Shown one piece after another: positions 20,721 to 23,776 of a DNA stretch of 23,776 nt. The translations under genes and the position numbers were made by a program. The notes under the pieces are model-generated. The model did not search any database and was not told the DNA's origin. It saw only the letters and a program-made list of their open reading frames with translations. Where the stretch lies: NCBI RefSeq assembly GCF_004010195.1, contig NC_057719.1, positions 79,658,503-79,682,278 of the forward strand, read 5' to 3'. The stretch comes from Chiloscyllium plagiosum. Its lineage: Eukaryota. How positions within the stretch are numbered: position 1 is the stretch's first letter; every line of letters starts with the position of its first letter.

Positions 20721-20984
20721 AGGACTTGGCGACGCAGCCAACTCACTGCTTTGAACCCTGGGGACCAACCCCGTCAGCTGGTTTGAATTTATTTGTTACT
20801 GGGGGTTTTGAACACAATGCTCCGCAATCAGAAGGACCTGGTCACGCAAATAATTAATAGATATTCTCAACCTCTGACCACCACCCTTCTCTCCCCCCAC
20901 CCCGACCACTCCCCTGTTGCAGTGGTTACCCAGACCCTGCAGTGTCTGAGGGAGTGAGATTGGGAGTACTGCCCATATTGAGTA

Positions 20985-21375
20985 TCTCCCTCTCTTGCAC
21001 TCTCCCCACCTGGCACATTCCCGCCCATCTTCATGTTCTGCCACCTCCCCACCCCCAGCGCACATTCCTCCTGTGTCTTCCGCTTCCCTCTCTCCCAGTC
21101 TCACTACACTCTCCCTCCCTCTCCTGTGTCCTCTACACTCCATCCATCCTGCACTTTCTCCCTCTCCCTCATACATCTCCTCACATTCTCCATCCCTCCA
21201 AGACATTCTCCCTCCCTCTTGTCACTGGCCTGCTCTCCATGACTCTACCTTCCTCCGTTGCTCTCAATCCATCACATTCTCTGCCCTCCCGCCAATTAAA
21301 AAACATCCTCCATTTCCCTGTCACACTTTCTTTCAGTCAATCCCTCAAATTCTCCCCTCAGCATCCACTCCTCTA
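20985..21375. repeat. Pyrimidine-rich (C/T) low-complexity tract
   Basis: Strong C+T skew with recurring ctccctc/cacattct words. Confidence 0.8.
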
Positions 21376-21551
21376 GCCTCAGACAGGGGACAGGACATTT
21401 TAGAATACCTGTGGCACATCTCAATGTACGTACAAGCCTCACAGTGTGCACCCAGAATTCCTGCCTGTTTTGACTGGCGTTCTTAATAAAAAGTTTCAAT
21501 GGAAGTACTACACTGTGATATAATAACACGTTTTTATAATGCTCTTACTGG

Positions 21552-21853
21552 AAGGTTGGATAGGTTGGACATTGAGACCCTTTTTCCTCAGATGGTGATG
21601 GCTAGCACAAGGGGACATGGCTTTAAATTGAGGGGTGACAGATATAAGGCAGATGTCAGAGGTAGTTTCTTTACTCAGAGAGTAATAGGGATGTTGAACG
21701 CACTGCCTGCAACTCGCCAGCTTTAAGGGCATTTAAATGGTCATTGGATAAACACATGGATGAAAATGGAATAGTGTAGGATAGATGGGCTTCAGATTGG
21801 TTCCACAGTTCGGCGCAACATCGAGGGCCAATGGGCCTGTACTGCGCTGTAAT
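21552..21853 (+). mobile_element. CR1 LINE 3' end
   Basis: Translates LDRLDIETLFPQMVMASTRGHGFKLRGDRYKADVRGSFFTQRVIGMLNALP. The 3' UTR gcgcaacatcgagggccaatgggcctgtactgcgctgtaa resembles 5200-5250. Confidence 0.9.
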
Positions 21854-22128
21854 TGCGACATCAGCAAGAGAGAAGATACCAGTCCAGAATCAGTGTGTGA
21901 AGAGAGAGAGCTTAAACACAACACTAGCGAGTTGTATTTTAAATCTTACTATGTATTGTTATAAATAAAGGAGTGTTACAGTACCTTGGGAGTAAGATCC
22001 TTAATTAATTAGGAGGCTACGGGATCTGACAGCATTCCAGTAGTAGTACTGAAGATCCATGCTCCAGAATTTGCTATACCCCAGCCATGCTCCTCCAGTA
22101 CAGCTATAACAATGGCATCTACCCAACA

Positions 22129-22442
22129 GTAGATTCATCAAAGGATCTTAGACAACATCTTTCAAACCCACAACCACTTCCACCTAGAAGGACGAGGGCA
22201 GCAGATACATAGGAACACCACCACCTGCAAGATCACTTCCAAGCCATTCCCCATTCTGACTTGGAAACATATCGCCGTTCCTTCACTGGTCACTGGGTCA
22301 AACTCCTAGAATTCCCTCCAGCATTTGGACTGCAGCGGTTCAAGAAGGCGGATCTCCACCAGCTTATCAAAGCGAATTAGGTTCGTGCAATAAAATTCCT
22401 GGCCCAGTCACTGAAGCCCACATCACACAAGTGAGTAAAAGA
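22129..22442 (+). mobile_element. LINE-B 3' end nested inside another LINE-B
   Basis: Matches 3140-3450 and is flanked by aaca at 22125-22128 and 22443-22446. Confidence 0.8.
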
Positions 22443-22615
22443 AACAATGTGGAATATTGCCCAGGTATGTCCTGTGGACAAAAAACAGGAGAAATTCAAC
22501 CTAGCCAAGTTTGGGTTCCACCAGCACCACTCAGCTCCTGACCTCATAACAGCCTTGGCTCAAACATGGACAAAAGAGCTAATTCCAGCGGTGAGGAGAG
22601 AGTGACAGCACTTGA

Positions 22616-23308
22616 CATAGAGTCAAAGAGATGTACAGCACAGAAACAGACTCTCTGGTCCAACTCTTTCATGCCGAACAGTTATCCTAACTTAATCTAG
22701 TCCCATTTGCCAGCACTTGGCTTATATTCCTCTCAACTCTTCCTATTCATAAATCCATCCAGATGCCTTTTAAATGCTGTAATTGTACAAGCCTCCATCG
22801 CTTCCTCTAGCAGCTCAATCCATACATGCACCACCCTGAGGTCCATTTTATATCTTTCCCCTCTCACCCTTAACCTATGTCTTCAAGTTCTGGACTCCTC
22901 CAGTCCAGGGAAAAGACCTTGTCTGTTTATCCTATCCATGCCCCTCTTGATTTTAGAATCCTCTATAAGGCCACTCCTCAGCCTCCGATGCTCAAGGGAA
23001 AACAGCTCCAACCTATTCAGTTGCTCCCTGTGGGTCAAACCCTCCAACCCTGGCAACATCCTTGTAAATCTTTCTGAACCTTTCCAAGTTTCACAACACC
23101 CTTCCTATATGAGGGACACCAGAATTGTACATAATATTCCAAAAGTGGCCTAACCAATGTCCTGGACAGCGCAACATGACCTCCTATACATAATGCTCTG
23201 ACCAATAAATGAAAGCATGCCAAATGCTTTCTTCACTATCCTATCTACCTGCAACTCTACTTTCAAGGAGCTATGAGCCTGAACTCCAACGTGTCCAGCA
23301 ACACTCCC
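22616..23308 (-). mobile_element. CR1/HER1-type LINE 3' portion
   Basis: Tail catagagtcaaagagatgtacagcacagaaac; translates RTLVRPLLEYYVQFWCPSYRK; collinear with 15532-16255. Confidence 0.92.
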
Positions 23309-23547
23309 CATGAAGGCCCCATTTGTCTGAATGTAGCGTCAAGGAGCCTGAGCAAAACTGGAGTAAGTGGAAATCGCGAAAAACTCTCCATTGCTTGGAA
23401 TAACACCTGGAACAAAGGAAGTCATCTCAGCTCAAGGCCATCGCTGCTGGAGTTCTTCAGCATGTCCAAGGCCCAATTGTCCTCAGCTGCTTTCTCGATG
23501 ACCTTCCCTCCGCCATAAGCTCAGAAATGGGAATATTCATGGATGAC

Positions 23548-23776
23548 TTGGATATAGAACTGGCTCAAAGGTAGAAGACAGAGGGTGGCGGTGGAGGGCT
23601 GTTTTTCAGACTTGAGGCCTGTGACCAGTGGAGTGCCACAAGGATCGGTGTTGGGTCCTCTTCTTTTTGTCACTAACATAAATGATTTGGATGCGAGCAT
23701 AAGAGGTACAGTTAGTAAGCTTGCAGATGACACCAAAATTGGAGGTGTAGTGGACAGCGAAGAGGGTTACCTCAGA
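23548..23776 (+). mobile_element. CR1 reverse transcriptase fragment (runs off the window)
   Basis: Translates WI*NWLKGRRQRVAVEGCFSDLRPVTSGVPQGSVLGPLLFVTNINDLDASIRGTVSKLADDTKIGG. Confidence 0.92.

Larger units (their letters stand above)
22013..23547 (+). mobile_element. LINE-B RT-region relic in three pieces (22013-22128, 22443-22618, 23309-23547)
   Basis: Gives ATGSDSIPVVVLKIHAPEFA, TMWNIAQVCPVDKKQEKFNLA, FGFHQHHSAPDLITALAQTWTKEL and FLDDLPSAISSEMGIFMDD, collinear with the reverse complement of 6770-7420. Confidence 0.85.

Noticed and set aside
20796..21486. Overlapping 136-163 aa ORFs
   Set aside because: They arise from a stop-poor C/T-rich low-complexity tract (S/P/L/H-rich on one strand, G/E/R-rich on the other).
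1..23776. Host protein-coding gene among the listed ORFs
   Set aside because: All ORFs are under 165 aa and are TE-derived, antisense to TEs or low-complexity. I found no recognisable host domain or credible exon chain.
23490..23776. Chimeric LINE-B/CR1 reverse transcriptase ORF
   Set aside because: The two RT pieces are in different frames and stops follow the junction, so this is a simple insertion.

Overview
This is vertebrate non-coding DNA (intergenic or intronic), almost certainly from a cartilaginous fish (shark). The evidence is HE1/V-SINE-type SINEs, HER1/CR1-type LINE 3' ends ending in short (ACTCTATG)n/(TTCTATG)n-like tails, and Penelope-like elements. Family assignments are by eye, not by database search. 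I found no host protein-coding gene; every recognisable ORF is a decayed retroelement piece (CR1 ORF2, a second APE-RT LINE family called 'LINE-B' here, L2, Penelope GIY-YIG endonuclease). The most interesting signal is five minimal hammerhead-ribozyme (CUGANGA...GAAA) motifs from three sequence-distinct Penelope-like families. One sits in a 214-bp near-perfect fold-back element flanked by a 16-bp target-site duplication. Other notable structure: multi-level nested insertions, a 172-bp inverted duplication about 1.9 kb apart, an inverted-plus-tandem triplication inside a CR1, a GU-rich 87-nt hairpin in unique sequence, and a TE-free island with clustered Forkhead motifs near 20.3-20.7 kb.
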